In this document: positions 17,645-27,900 of the stretch, one piece after another | How positions within the stretch are numbered: the stretch's first letter is position 1 | Layout of the letters: every line of letters starts with the position of its first letter | Assembly (NCBI GenBank): GCA_963777155.1 | Contig: CAVZPM010000001.1 | Coordinates: forward strand, 64,001 to 128,000 | Reading direction: 5' to 3' | Length of the DNA: 64,000 bases | From: Candidatus Bathyarchaeota archaeon | GTDB lineage: Archaea > Thermoproteota > Bathyarchaeia > Bathyarchaeales > Bathycorpusculaceae | Position numbers and translations under genes: made by a program | Notes under the pieces: model-generated | What the model saw: the letters and a program-made list of their open reading frames with translations, nothing else | Databases searched by the model: none | Told to the model about the DNA's origin: nothing

Positions 17645-18688
17645 CTAGAAGTACTGTGTTGCTTTTTGGATTGCTGCCGCGGTTAGTTTTGCGCTATTCT
17701 CTATATCTTTTAGGCTGAGCATACCCACAGGACTATGGATGTATCTTGTTGCAATGGAGATATTCCCACTCGGGATGCCTTGACGTGTGATTGAGATTCT
17801 TGCTGCATCCGTGCTTCCCAGCAAACCTGATTCGATCTGATAGGGGATTTTCTCTTCTTCTGCAGTTTCCTTTAGCCACCGCAAAACCTTTGGATGGGTG
17901 ATTAATCCCGAATCGGAAATAGTGAGCGCAGGGCCTTTACCCATCTTTACGCTTGTGTCAAATTCTCTTACACCTGGGACATCACCGGCGATGGTGACAT
18001 CTAATGCTATTGCGAGGTCGGGGTCAACACCAAAGGCTGCTGTTGCAGCTCCGCGCAAGCCGACTTCTTCTTGTACAGTACCGACAGCGCAAACAGTACA
18101 ATCAGTTTTCCCTAGCAGTTTTAGGGTTTCAACCATCGTTATGCATCCAGCACGGTTATCAAATGCTTTGCCCATCGCTACATCGTTTCCCAGTTTGACA
18201 TATTTAATGTCAAAGGCTATTGGGTCGCCGATTGTAACGCCAAGATTGGCTGCTTCCTCTTTGCTTTCTGCGCCAACGTCGATGAAGAGGTCGTCGTAGG
18301 TTATGATTTTTTTGCGTTCTTCTTCTTTTTGGATATGCGGCGGTTTGGAGCCGATTATGCCTGGAAACTGTCCTTTTTTGGTGAAGACAGTAACTTTTTG
18401 AGCTGGAAGAATTCGGTCGTCGATACCCCCCATCTTGGAGAATTGCAGAAAGCCATCTTTCGTGATTGTTTTCACCATTAAGCCAACTTCATCCATGTGG
18501 GCTGCCAACATAATTTTTGGTGCTTTGGGTTTGCCCTTTTTTATTGCTATTACGTTTTCCATTTTATCTACTTGGATTTCGTCAGCATACGGGGTCATCA
18601 ATTGAACCATCAAGTTTCTAACTTGTTCTTCTCTGCCTGTTACTCCACAAGCATTGGAAAGTTTTTCTAGGTTCTGATTTATGGACAA
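17645..18688 (-). CDS. M42 family metallopeptidase (TET-type aminopeptidase)
   Basis: AAHMDEVG, KAFDNRAG, QEEVGLRGA, ALDVT, RYIHS. Confidence 0.93.
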   Translation of the reverse strand: MSINQNLEKLSNACGVTGREEQVRNLMVQLMTPYADEIQVDKMENVIAIKKGKPKAPKIMLAAHMDEVGLMVKTITKDGFLQFSKMGGIDDRILPAQKVTVFTKKGQFPGIIGSKPPHIQKEEERKKIITYDDLFIDVGAESKEEAANLGVTIGDPIAFDIKYVKLGNDVAMGKAFDNRAGCITMVETLKLLGKTDCTVCAVGTVQEEVGLRGAATAAFGVDPDLAIALDVTIAGDVPGVREFDTSVKMGKGPALTISDSGLITHPKVLRWLKETAEEEKIPYQIESGLLGSTDAARISITRQGIPSGNISIATRYIHSPVGMLSLKDIENSAKLTAAAIQKATQYF

Positions 18689-18818
18689 GGTTGGTGTGCC
18701 TTCTTGGGTTTTATGGTTAGAACTCTGAGGGCTTGATTATTAAATGGTTGCGGTGTAGAAGGATTGGATAATTCTTAAATCGTTAAACCGCATTCACAAA
18801 CAGAGTAAGGTGTAAAAA

Positions 18819-19757
18819 TTGACACAACAACCACCAAGTTACAAAACAGTTTTCGTTTTCCTAGACACAGACAAATATTGCAGTCCATTCGACATGCTCG
18901 TCGCTATCGACGCATTCCCAGACTCAATGATATTCAAGTATGAAAATGTTACAAGCGAAGATGCCCCAAAAATTGTCTTTGACCTGCTCTTCCCACGTGG
19001 ACCCGAAGGTGCAAAACATACCAAAGTTTTCATCAACGGAAGCAACTTTGAAATGGTAGAAAAAGTCGTTGAAGCAACTCAAAAAGCCATGAAGTCAGCC
19101 CCCTGGGGGAACAGCATTATTGTCGACCCACGCGGAGGATACTCAACAGCCGCAGCAGCAGTCGCTAAAACCTTCGGTGCATCCATGGAGAAAGGCTTCG
19201 GAAGCTTGGAAGGCAAAAACGTCACCGTTTTAGCAGGAACAGGTCCAGTCGGGCAAACCGCCGCCAGAATCTATGCAGCAGAAAAAGCCAACGTAACCAT
19301 CACCAGCCGAGCACTGGCAAAGGGTCAAGTTGTCGCTTACAAGATCAACCAAGAATGCGGCGCCCAAAGAGTCAAAGTCGTTGAAGTCACAAAACCAGAA
19401 CAGACAGCTGAAGCTATCAAAGATGCAGAAATCATCCTCTCAGCAGGCGCAGGCGGAATCCAACTTCTCTCAGCAGCAGATCTAAACAAAAGTTCACTGT
19501 GCAAAATCGTTGCAGACATCAATGCCATCAAGCCACTGGGTGTAGAAGGCTTAGCTCCAAACGACGACGGCAAAGAACTCAAGCCAGGTGTTTACGGCAT
19601 AGGTGCGTTAGCCATAGGCAAACTCAAAATCAAGACTGAAACAGAAATGATTAAACGTGCAACCGCTGAGCCATCGGGACTCTTCGACTACGCAATCGCC
19701 TACACAATCGCTAAAGACCAAATCCTAAAGAAACTAGCAAAAGCAGCTGCCAAATAA
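18819..19757 (+). CDS. NAD(P)-dependent methylene-H4MPT/H4F dehydrogenase (MtdA/MtdB-like)
   Basis: SPFD..VAIDA, FPRGP, DPRGGYSTAAAAV, GTGPVG, ADINAIKPLGVEG, GALAIG. Confidence 0.85.
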   Translation: MTQQPPSYKTVFVFLDTDKYCSPFDMLVAIDAFPDSMIFKYENVTSEDAPKIVFDLLFPRGPEGAKHTKVFINGSNFEMVEKVVEATQKAMKSAPWGNSIIVDPRGGYSTAAAAVAKTFGASMEKGFGSLEGKNVTVLAGTGPVGQTAARIYAAEKANVTITSRALAKGQVVAYKINQECGAQRVKVVEVTKPEQTAEAIKDAEIILSAGAGGIQLLSAADLNKSSLCKIVADINAIKPLGVEGLAPNDDGKELKPGVYGIGALAIGKLKIKTETEMIKRATAEPSGLFDYAIAYTIAKDQILKKLAKAAAK

Positions 19758-19826
19758 AGCAGCTAACTTTCTTATCTTTTCTTTCAATATCTTTAGATTT
19801 GTCGCTAATTTTTCTGTTTATACTTG

Positions 19827-20990
19827 TTACTTGAATGCACAGGCGATGCGTTCGCAGGCTTCGATAATGAGTTCTTTAGGCTGGGTAAACGTTATGCGTG
19901 CGTATCCTTCACCATACTTCCCAAAGCCGTTACCTGGAGTTACAGCCACGCCGACATCAAGCAGTTTTGCAACGAATTTCATGGAGTCGCATTTACAGTT
20001 AACCCAAACGTAAAAGGTTGCCTTGGGCTTTTCAACTTCATAGCCAAGTTTACAGAGCGTATCGACAAGTAAATCACGCCGGTCCTGCAACGTCTGGTTG
20101 TTTTGCTTAAGGAAATCTGGAGCTTCGCGGCTCTTATAAGATGAAAGTGCTTTTACTGCCACTTTTTGTGTGTACACAGGTGGTCCGCTATCGATTTGGG
20201 TTTTTATTTTAGTTAAGCCTGTGACAAGTTGCTTGTTTCCGACGGCAAATGCAATCCGATCCCCCGTCATGTTAAAGGTTTTAGAAAGCGAATGAAACTC
20301 GACAGCAACATCCATGCCACCATCAACTTCCAGAATGCTTGGAGCGCGATAACCATCATAGGTGACTTCTGAATAAGCATTATCATAACATAGCATCAGA
20401 TTATTATCTTTGGCAAAATCAACAGCTTCTTTGAGGAATTTCTTGTCGACTGTTGCTGCAGTGGGGTTGTTTGGGTAATTGAGAAAAATCATCTTTGCTT
20501 TGTTTGTGTCGACTGCGTCAAAGTCGGGTATGAAACCGTTCTCTTCCAACAATGGCATGGACACGGGTATGCCGTCGCAAAGGATTGTGCTTCCCTGAGC
20601 ATAAACTGGGTAAGCGGGGTCAGGTACCAAAACTCGGTCACCTGGATTAATGAATGCTCGGGCAATGTTTGCTATTCCCTCCTTTGAGCCCAAAAGCGCA
20701 ACGACTTGGTCCTGATTCAAATCAACATTGAACCGTTTCTTGCACCACGCCGTCACTGCTTCTCTAAAGTCTGGCTCACCTTGACTAAACGAATAGTTAT
20801 GATTCTTCAAGTTGCCTGCTTCTTCTTTGAACGATTCAATGATGAAGGGTGGCGGCGGAAGGTCAGGGTCACCAATACTCAGAGATATTATATCAATGCC
20901 GCAGTGTTTTTTTTCTCTGGTAAGTCTTTCAAGTTCAGCAAAGATGTATGGTGGCAATCGCTTAATTCGGTCTGCATATTCAAACGTCAT
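19827..20990 (-). CDS. dapL: LL-diaminopimelate aminotransferase (class I/II PLP enzyme)
   Basis: NYPNNPT, DNAY, SLSKTFNMTGDR; last gene of the dap operon. Confidence 0.85.
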   Translation of the reverse strand: MTFEYADRIKRLPPYIFAELERLTREKKHCGIDIISLSIGDPDLPPPPFIIESFKEEAGNLKNHNYSFSQGEPDFREAVTAWCKKRFNVDLNQDQVVALLGSKEGIANIARAFINPGDRVLVPDPAYPVYAQGSTILCDGIPVSMPLLEENGFIPDFDAVDTNKAKMIFLNYPNNPTAATVDKKFLKEAVDFAKDNNLMLCYDNAYSEVTYDGYRAPSILEVDGGMDVAVEFHSLSKTFNMTGDRIAFAVGNKQLVTGLTKIKTQIDSGPPVYTQKVAVKALSSYKSREAPDFLKQNNQTLQDRRDLLVDTLCKLGYEVEKPKATFYVWVNCKCDSMKFVAKLLDVGVAVTPGNGFGKYGEGYARITFTQPKELIIEACERIACAFK

Positions 20991-20993
20991 TTC

Positions 20994-21827
20994 TTATGGC
21001 TCCTTGAATAATGTTCCTTCGTAGACTTTCTCAGCTGCCCCAATTAGAAAGATGGTTTTGTCGACTTCTACTTGGAGGTCGCCGCCGAGTACATGAACTG
21101 TAACTTTGCTACCAACTTTTCCCAGTTTGTTTGCGGCAGCCACGGCTGCGCAGGTTCCAGTGCCACAGGCCAAGGTTTCTCCACAACCGCGTTCCCAAAC
21201 TCGAACATTCAATTCCTTCTCGTTGAGGACTTCGACAAACCCCACGTTGGTTCGTTGAGGGAAAGCCTTGTGATTTTCAATTTTTGAGCCGATTTCTTCG
21301 ACTGGGAAGCAGTCGATGCAGTCCACGAAGATTACGCAGTGTGGGTTACCCATTGAAAGGCAAGTTACCTTGAATTGTTCTCCGTCAACATCTAGGTCGG
21401 CATCTATGCATGTGCCCTTTCCTTTCATGGGCAAGCTTCTTCTTTCCCAGTTCGGTGCACCCATATCTACCTTGACGGCGACTACTTCTTTTCCTTTAAC
21501 CGTCAACCAGACTTGCTTAACACCTGACAGCGTCTCAACCGAAAACTCATCTTTCTTAGTAATTCCGTTTTCGTAGCAATACTTGCTGAAGCACCGGATG
21601 CCGTTGCCACACATTTCTGCTTCGCTGCCGTCAGCATTAAAAATCCGCATCTTGACATCGGCAACTGTTGAATTAAAGACAAAAAGAAGCCCGTCGGCAC
21701 CGACTGAGAAACGCCTCTCACAAAGCTTCTTTGCCAACTCAGCAGCCTTTGCATCGCTGATTTTTTGTTCTCGATTATCGATTATAATGTAGTCGTTGCC
21801 TAAACCATGCATCTTCCAGAAACGCAT
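20994..21827 (-). CDS. dapF: Diaminopimelate epimerase
   Basis: KMHGLGND, EMCGNGIRC, GNPH, ERGCGETLACGTG. Confidence 0.97.
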   Translation of the reverse strand: MRFWKMHGLGNDYIIIDNREQKISDAKAAELAKKLCERRFSVGADGLLFVFNSTVADVKMRIFNADGSEAEMCGNGIRCFSKYCYENGITKKDEFSVETLSGVKQVWLTVKGKEVVAVKVDMGAPNWERRSLPMKGKGTCIDADLDVDGEQFKVTCLSMGNPHCVIFVDCIDCFPVEEIGSKIENHKAFPQRTNVGFVEVLNEKELNVRVWERGCGETLACGTGTCAAVAAANKLGKVGSKVTVHVLGGDLQVEVDKTIFLIGAAEKVYEGTLFKEP

Positions 21828-21831
21828 ACGC

Positions 21832-23115
21832 TCACTCTGCCATCCTCTGACTAGAAGTTAAATCGTTAAGTTGCTCCCGTTGCCTAACCACGACCGCTTT
21901 GCCCTGACGAATCATGACTTCAGCTGCCCGTGGTCGCGAATTGTACTGTGAACTCATGCTAAAGCCGTATGCTCCAGAGTTCAAGATAGCTAATAAGTCA
22001 CCCTCTTCGATTTTGGGGAGTTGTCGATCTTTGGCAAGAGCATCGCCTGACTCACAGATTGGACCCACGACATCGTAGGTTTCTTTGTCAGCCTGTGCAA
22101 CCTTGTTTGCCACTATGATGGGATGGTACGAGCCGTACATTGTTGGTCGAACAAGAGTGTTGAAGCCTGCGTCAACACCGACAAACTTCTTGGAAGGCGT
22201 TTCTTTGACTGTATTCACAGCGGTTAATAGGATACTTGCATCACTAACAAGATATCTGCCCGGCTCAACACATAAGAATGGCTTACCCAGCCCATACTCT
22301 TTCACCTTGGCTTTGAACATCGAAACAACTTTTGTCGAGAACTCGGACAAGTCAAGATCTTTGTCTTCAGGTTTGTACGGGACACCTAACCCGCCGCCGA
22401 TATCGATAAACTCGAAGTCGATTCCTACTTCTTCGTGGACTCGTTTGGCAATGTTCAGGAGCTTCTCGACTGCAGCAACGTATGGTTCCAGCTCTAGTAT
22501 TCCTGAGCCAATATGCATATGGATTCCAAAGCGTTCTACACGGGCTCGCTTGGCGATTGCGTAAGCTTGAATTGTTTCTTCTTCCCAGAGACCAAACTTT
22601 GATTCTGGACCAGCAGTGATGCAGTGGCTGTGGTGTCCTGCACCGACTTCAGGGTTAACCCGCACCGAGACGACGGGGGGAACAGCTATTTTTAGGAGCC
22701 TATCCAGCTCTGACTGTGAATCAACGTTAATAGTGATATTTGTTCCAACTAGAAATTTCAATTCGTCGTTTCGTACGCTGGTTCCAGTGAATAGGATACG
22801 ATCAGGTGTGAATCCGCTGCTTAAGCCCAAGAACACTTCACCTGGACTTACGGTGTCTAGGTAAGCGCCTTCTGATTGAAGAATCCTTAGAACTGTTAGG
22901 TTCGTGTTTGCTTTTGCGGCGTAGTAGACTCGGAGATGCTTGTAGTTGCTGATTAAGGCGTTGTGGAGACGATTGTAATTATCTCTTATGCGTTTCTCGC
23001 TTAGCACATACAGTGGAGTATCATATTTTTCTGCTAATTCCTTAACTGAGAAACCATCAAAGAAGAGGCTGCCTTTTCGGTCCTCTAAAGGTTCACGAAG
23101 CTTTCTCTTTACCAT
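21832..23115 (-). CDS. lysA: Diaminopimelate decarboxylase
   Basis: YAAKAN, HMHIGS, DIGGG, EPGRY, GPICESGD, GAYG...YNSRPR. Confidence 0.96.
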   Translation of the reverse strand: MVKRKLREPLEDRKGSLFFDGFSVKELAEKYDTPLYVLSEKRIRDNYNRLHNALISNYKHLRVYYAAKANTNLTVLRILQSEGAYLDTVSPGEVFLGLSSGFTPDRILFTGTSVRNDELKFLVGTNITINVDSQSELDRLLKIAVPPVVSVRVNPEVGAGHHSHCITAGPESKFGLWEEETIQAYAIAKRARVERFGIHMHIGSGILELEPYVAAVEKLLNIAKRVHEEVGIDFEFIDIGGGLGVPYKPEDKDLDLSEFSTKVVSMFKAKVKEYGLGKPFLCVEPGRYLVSDASILLTAVNTVKETPSKKFVGVDAGFNTLVRPTMYGSYHPIIVANKVAQADKETYDVVGPICESGDALAKDRQLPKIEEGDLLAILNSGAYGFSMSSQYNSRPRAAEVMIRQGKAVVVRQREQLNDLTSSQRMAE

Positions 23116-23156
23116 CCACCTTGCACCAGACTCTACTGTTACTAACTGAGCAGCAT

Positions 23157-24215
23157 TTAAGCTAAACCATTAGCCACATACAGCTCTGCGCTCAGAATTC
23201 CTCCGCCTGCAGCACCCCGAACAGTATTGTGCCCAAGACACATGTACTTGAAAGTCATGATTGGATCTTTGCGAATTCTGCCAACTACAACACTCATGCC
23301 TCGACCTGTGTCTCGGTCATAGCGCGGTTGTGGTCGGTTCTTTTCATATCGGACGACGATTGGGTTCGCTGGGGCAGATGGCAACTTTAGTAACTGTGGA
23401 GCACCCTTGAAATCTTCGAAGGCTGCTTCGATTTGCTTAATCGATGGGTCTTGATCTAGCTTTACGAATATAGATTCTAAGTGGCCGTCTTTGACGTTAA
23501 CTCGGTTACAGCTTGCACTAAGCTTGAAATCAGCGTTTTGTATGATGCCTTTGTTGAATGTTCCAAGTATCTTTAGGGCTTCCGTCTCCATCTTGTCCTC
23601 TTCACCTGAGATGAAGGGAACGACGTTGTCGATTATGTCAAGGGAAGACACTCCTGGATATCCTGCGCCACTGAGAGCCTGCATCGTAGTTACTATTACC
23701 TGCCTTAGGCCAAACTGCATAAGAGGCTTTAGAGTAATTGCCATTTGGATTGTACTGCAGTTTGGGTCCGTCGAGATAAAGCCTTTCCAACCCCGAAGCC
23801 TCTGCTGAACCTTCACTATCTCAGCATGGTCTGGATTGATTTCCGGGATAATAAGCGGCACGTCTTTTTCCATTCGGTGAGCACTTGCCTTGCTAAACAC
23901 CGGATACATAGCAGCAAATTCAGCTTCAACTGGACCAGCCAAATCACCAGGCATCGAAGAAAAAACCAGGTCTACATTGCCTGCCTTTTCAACAGAAACT
24001 ATATCAGCGTTGACTACGGGCATTTCAGCGATTTCTTTAGGCAAGTCGGATTCCATCAGCCAGTTGCAGGCATCTTTGTATTTTTTCCCCGCTGACCGCT
24101 CAGAAGCGGCAAGCACCTCAATTTTAAACCAAGGGTGATCTTGCAATAGTTGAATGTACCGTTGTCCAACGGCTCCAGTTGCGCCCAATATGGCGACTTT
24201 GCGCTTATTTGGCAT
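23157..24215 (-). CDS. asd: Aspartate-semialdehyde dehydrogenase (archaeal/fungal type)
   Basis: GATGAVGQ, PNCST, QALSGAG, HNTVRGAAG. Confidence 0.96.
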   Translation of the reverse strand: MPNKRKVAILGATGAVGQRYIQLLQDHPWFKIEVLAASERSAGKKYKDACNWLMESDLPKEIAEMPVVNADIVSVEKAGNVDLVFSSMPGDLAGPVEAEFAAMYPVFSKASAHRMEKDVPLIIPEINPDHAEIVKVQQRLRGWKGFISTDPNCSTIQMAITLKPLMQFGLRQVIVTTMQALSGAGYPGVSSLDIIDNVVPFISGEEDKMETEALKILGTFNKGIIQNADFKLSASCNRVNVKDGHLESIFVKLDQDPSIKQIEAAFEDFKGAPQLLKLPSAPANPIVVRYEKNRPQPRYDRDTGRGMSVVVGRIRKDPIMTFKYMCLGHNTVRGAAGGGILSAELYVANGLA

Positions 24216-24284
24216 GTTTATTTTTCTTCCTTTGCTCTTTTCACTCTGTCAATTCTTGATAAAAAAGTTAATGGTTTTGGCTCT

Positions 24285-25076
24285 TTAAGTCAAGCCCAAA
24301 ACATCAGCCATACTGTACACTTTCGGCTCGTTTTGTTTGCTTAACCATTCAGCGGCGTAAACGGCTCCCTGTGCAAACACGTTCCGTGAGAAGGCTGTAT
24401 GTTCAATTCGTAGCATTTCATAGGGTCCCGCAACGATTACATCGTGAATTCCAGGCACTCCACCAGCACGGATTGCCACCGATTCGAGTTCTGAAGGTTG
24501 CCGTGGACTAATGCCCTCCCTGCCGTAAACCGTCTTTGAGTAACTGCGGACTTGAGATAATATTTGCTCAAGCTTCTTTGATGTGCCAGATGGTGCATCC
24601 TTCTTGCCTGTGTGGTGGATTTCGCTTAGGCTGAAATCGTAGCCTTGTGGAAACGCTTTGAGCGCTTCTGCTAGTTTGAAGAGTATGTTGACGCCTACGC
24701 TGTAGTTTGGAGAGAACACTGCGGGAACTTTGCCAGACATTGCAGATACTACTTGTCGGTTTTGATCGGGTGTGAAGCCTGTAGTGCCAAGGATTATGCG
24801 TTTGCCGAGGGTTGCAACTATCGGGATGTTTGTGAGTTCAGCGTCTGGGAATGTGAAACTAATGTAAACGTCGGCGTTCTGTATAGTTTGGGAAAGTTTG
24901 TCTGAACTTTGGATTTTTGTGTCAGAATTCATGCCTAATTCACGAAGGCTTTTGCCGACTGCGGGGTTACTTGGCGCTTCAATGGCACCCACAATTTGGT
25001 GTCCTTTAGCGGTGGCTTCGTTGATGATTGCGTTACCCATTCGTCCAGCTGCGCCTGAAATGCAGAGCTTAAGCAT
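24285..25076 (-). CDS. dapB: 4-hydroxy-tetrahydrodipicolinate reductase
   Basis: GAAGRMG, GTTG, EIHHTGKKDAPSGT. Confidence 0.96.
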   Translation of the reverse strand: MLKLCISGAAGRMGNAIINEATAKGHQIVGAIEAPSNPAVGKSLRELGMNSDTKIQSSDKLSQTIQNADVYISFTFPDAELTNIPIVATLGKRIILGTTGFTPDQNRQVVSAMSGKVPAVFSPNYSVGVNILFKLAEALKAFPQGYDFSLSEIHHTGKKDAPSGTSKKLEQILSQVRSYSKTVYGREGISPRQPSELESVAIRAGGVPGIHDVIVAGPYEMLRIEHTAFSRNVFAQGAVYAAEWLSKQNEPKVYSMADVLGLT

Positions 25077-26106
25077 AGTATAGTCCCTCTAGGTACTTCT
25101 CGTTGTACAGTCGGTCTTTGAGGTCTACGTCAAAGTAGTCGGCGATGGGCTTTAGAATCTGAGGGTTGCTCTCGTAGACTTTTCGTGTGTTTGCTAGGAC
25201 TACTTCTAGACCGCTACGGGTCATTTTTCCCAGCGGTTGTCTGCATGGACCCGAAGGCATGCCCAGTACGTTCATTAGTGTCTTATAGGCGAGAGGGTTG
25301 CGAGCTTTGCATGGTACTGGTCCGTAGGGTGTTTGTTCTTGTGTTTTTACGGTTACTATGCTGAAGAGAGGTTGAAGTGCTTGGGAAATTACGCTAGACG
25401 CTTCTTCGTTTCCGTCTAAAGCGTAGTGTACCATGTCAACTATTGCGCTTGGTGCAATGTTGGAAACAACTGATATTACACCGCTTGCGCCAATGTCGGG
25501 TGAAATCATCATCGTGTAAGTTTTGTCATCGTCGCCAGAGAGAATGTCAAAATCTTCTCCACACAACTGCCTTGTTAATTCCATGTTCTTAAGATCGCCA
25601 GTAGCTTCCTTTACACACCGAACGTTAGGATACTGCTGGTGAAGCATAGCTAGATCTTGTGGGTAGAGTTGTGTTCCTGTTCTGCCTGGAATGATGTAGG
25701 GAATTACTTGTACTTCGGGGAATTGCTTGGCAATGGGTTCAATGTATTCTCTTCGGATCTCCATGGAACTTGGTCCGTTATAGTATGGATCCACCAATAG
25801 GACGCAGTCTACGCCGAAGTCATAGGCGTGCTGGGTTCCGTCTATGGCTTCTTGGGTTGAGTTGCTTCCAGTGCCGGCTATGGTTCGGCTCCTGCTATTT
25901 GAGTATTCATGTACTTTTTCTATTGTTTTGGTGTGTTCGTTCCAGTCTAAGGTTGGGCTCTCTCCAGTTGTGCCAACTGCTAATATGCCTTTTACGCCAT
26001 TTTCTATTTGGAAATCTACTAGTTGCTGTAATCCTTCGTAATCGACTTGGCGACTACGATTCATGGGAGTTATTAGAGCTGTGTAACAACCGCTAAATGA
26101 TACCAT
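25069..26106 (-). CDS. dapA: 4-hydroxy-tetrahydrodipicolinate synthase
   Basis: GTTGESPTL, GTGSNST, PYYN, KEATG, SGDD. Confidence 0.94.
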   Translation of the reverse strand: MVSFSGCYTALITPMNRSRQVDYEGLQQLVDFQIENGVKGILAVGTTGESPTLDWNEHTKTIEKVHEYSNSRSRTIAGTGSNSTQEAIDGTQHAYDFGVDCVLLVDPYYNGPSSMEIRREYIEPIAKQFPEVQVIPYIIPGRTGTQLYPQDLAMLHQQYPNVRCVKEATGDLKNMELTRQLCGEDFDILSGDDDKTYTMMISPDIGASGVISVVSNIAPSAIVDMVHYALDGNEEASSVISQALQPLFSIVTVKTQEQTPYGPVPCKARNPLAYKTLMNVLGMPSGPCRQPLGKMTRSGLEVVLANTRKVYESNPQILKPIADYFDVDLKDRLYNEKYLEGLYYA

Positions 26107-26164
26107 TCTGTTTTCCTCTTTGTATGGGGAACATTGGTTCGCTCATTATTTAAGTCTTACGTTT

Positions 26165-26201
26165 TCAATATTATTTTTGCTAATATCGCAATAAATATTG
26201 A
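26165..26201. promoter_or_regulatory. Imperfect inverted repeat just upstream of the dapA TATA box; candidate regulator site
   Basis: TCAATAT...TTGC-TAATATC-GCAA...ATATTGA; minus-strand TATA CTTAAATA at ~26147-26154. Confidence 0.4.
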
Positions 26202-26227
26202 GTTAATCGATTGATTTGATTGTTAGC

Positions 26228-26560
26228 TTAACCTTTTTCGGAATTATTCAGTGGCACTATATAGTAAGCTGTAAAAACACCGTCACAAACACCATAAATC
26301 AACCGCAAATAATCAACTGCGTCACCAAGCACCACGGCGGAAGGAATAGCTTGTTTGTAATTGTCTAAACGTAAAATCTCATCAAGTTGTCCAGACTCCC
26401 TCTTTGCTATTTTAAATCGCAAGATATTCGGCCCTGACTGGAAAACAATGTTTTCTCCACTTCGGGGATTACCTTTTCTTATATCGACTGTTTTTTTACC
26501 CTGTTTTATCCAGTTGAATACTTCTTTTCTTGTGTACAGAAGCGGCAAATCCGGAACCAC
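26228..26560 (-). CDS. ASCH-domain (PUA-like) protein
   Basis: FNWIKQGKKTVDIR motif. Confidence 0.7.
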   Translation of the reverse strand: MVPDLPLLYTRKEVFNWIKQGKKTVDIRKGNPRSGENIVFQSGPNILRFKIAKRESGQLDEILRLDNYKQAIPSAVVLGDAVDYLRLIYGVCDGVFTAYYIVPLNNSEKG

Positions 26561-26672
26561 AATTTTAGAGCTTAACCGCTAGAACATAAGCTTTCAGCCA
26601 AAAAACGAATACGAAATTTTAATCTAAAATAGGAAAAAATGGGTTGAAAACGTAGAAGATAATTTGCTCGCT

Positions 26673-26870
26673 TTACCCTTTGCCTTTCTCTTCTTTGCCG
26701 AAGTACTGAGTCCATTTGAGCTTGCGTGCATCGCGTTTAAATGATAAGCTGCTTTTTTTGCATTTGCTAGAATCGAACCAGAGGATTGAGCCATCGTTTT
26801 TAACGCACATCATGCCTGTGCCAGCTGGGAAATCAGCACCACAGAACGAACATTTTCTCGGTTTTGGCAT
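26673..26870 (-). CDS. rpl24e: 50S ribosomal protein L24e
   Basis: CSFCG...PAGTGMM..KNDG...SSKC...RKLKWT. Confidence 0.96.
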   Translation of the reverse strand: MPKPRKCSFCGADFPAGTGMMCVKNDGSILWFDSSKCKKSSLSFKRDARKLKWTQYFGKEEKGKG

Positions 26871-26890
26871 GACAAATTCTCCAAGCTATT

Positions 26891-27109
26891 TTATCTCGTA
26901 ATTTTCTTTGCTTCTCTTTCTGTTTCTCGCAGCATCAGAATGTCTTGTGCTCTGACTGGTCCTTTAACGTTGCGTGTGATGATTCTGCCTTTATCTTTGC
27001 CTTCCATTATGCGGACGCGAACCTGTGTGATTTCTCCTGTTACGCCTGTGCGACCTATTACTTGTATGACTTCTGACGGAATAAGTTCTTCAGCTGCTTC
27101 TTTACTCAT
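26891..27109 (-). CDS. rps28e: 30S ribosomal protein S28e
   Basis: GRTGVTGE...[19 protein letters not shown]. Confidence 0.97.
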   Translation of the reverse strand: MSKEAAEELIPSEVIQVIGRTGVTGEITQVRVRIMEGKDKGRIITRNVKGPVRAQDILMLRETEREAKKITR

Positions 27110-27489
27110 TACTGAGTTCCTCGTTTGACCTGGTCAATTCGTGTAACGATTTCTTTGAGTAATCCTGCTGCTTCTCCTTCTCTGATGATGCATGCTGCTG
27201 CACATGGGACGTCAATGCCGATGGATTTGCCGAGTTGTTCTTTGCTTGGAACAAAGACATATGGAATTTTCCTTTCGTCGCAGAGTAGCGGTAAATGTGC
27301 TATAACTTCTGGGGGGTCAACGTCTTCAGCAATAACTACGAGTTTGGCTTGTGACCGTTCTACCGCTTTGGTAGCTTCGTTTGTTCCTTTCCTAACTGAT
27401 CCTGATTTTGAAGCAATCGTTAGGGCTTCATAGGCTGCATCTACGATTTCTTTTGGGACTTCATATTTTACATAGAATGGTTTTGACAT
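27109..27489 (-). CDS. rpl7ae: 50S ribosomal protein L7Ae
   Basis: [22 protein letters not shown]. Confidence 0.97.
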   Translation of the reverse strand: MSKPFYVKYEVPKEIVDAAYEALTIASKSGSVRKGTNEATKAVERSQAKLVVIAEDVDPPEVIAHLPLLCDERKIPYVFVPSKEQLGKSIGIDVPCAAACIIREGEAAGLLKEIVTRIDQVKRGTQ

Positions 27490-27642
27490 ATTAGCCTCAC
27501 CCTTTTAAGGCACAGTCTTATCCACACTTCCTGTTTAATAATCTTTCGACTACAAATCGGATACTTGTTCTTTCGACTAATTGACCATCCAGAAACGTTT
27601 AAATCCCCAGTCACGGCTACCTACATGTTTTCGAGAGGGGAA

Positions 27643-27900
27643 TTGCGTTTGCAAAGATTGGGCAAGGTTTCAAATGTAACTCCATCGCGAAACATGGTTA
27701 TAAAAGTGGAAAATCCCCCGAAACTTGGTTTTGAAGTTGTAGATGAAAACTTGGACGTTGTAGGGAAAGTCTTTGACATTATAGGTCCAGTTTCAGCCCC
27801 CTATGCAGTGATTAAAACAACCCTTAGGGAACCTGAGAAATTAGTGAATAAACCGGTGTACTTGCTTCTCTCGAAAACCAAACGGAGCAAAAATAGATGA
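27643..27900 (+). CDS. gar1: H/ACA RNP subunit Gar1/Naf1
   Basis: [15 protein letters not shown]; conserved position upstream of tfb; start approximate (TTG). Confidence 0.85.
   Translation: MRLQRLGKVSNVTPSRNMVIKVENPPKLGFEVVDENLDVVGKVFDIIGPVSAPYAVIKTTLREPEKLVNKPVYLLLSKTKRSKNR

Noticed and set aside
26228-26870. ndk absent after rpl24e, with an ASCH gene in its place
   Set aside because: Operon breakage here is common and cannot be interpreted from one window.
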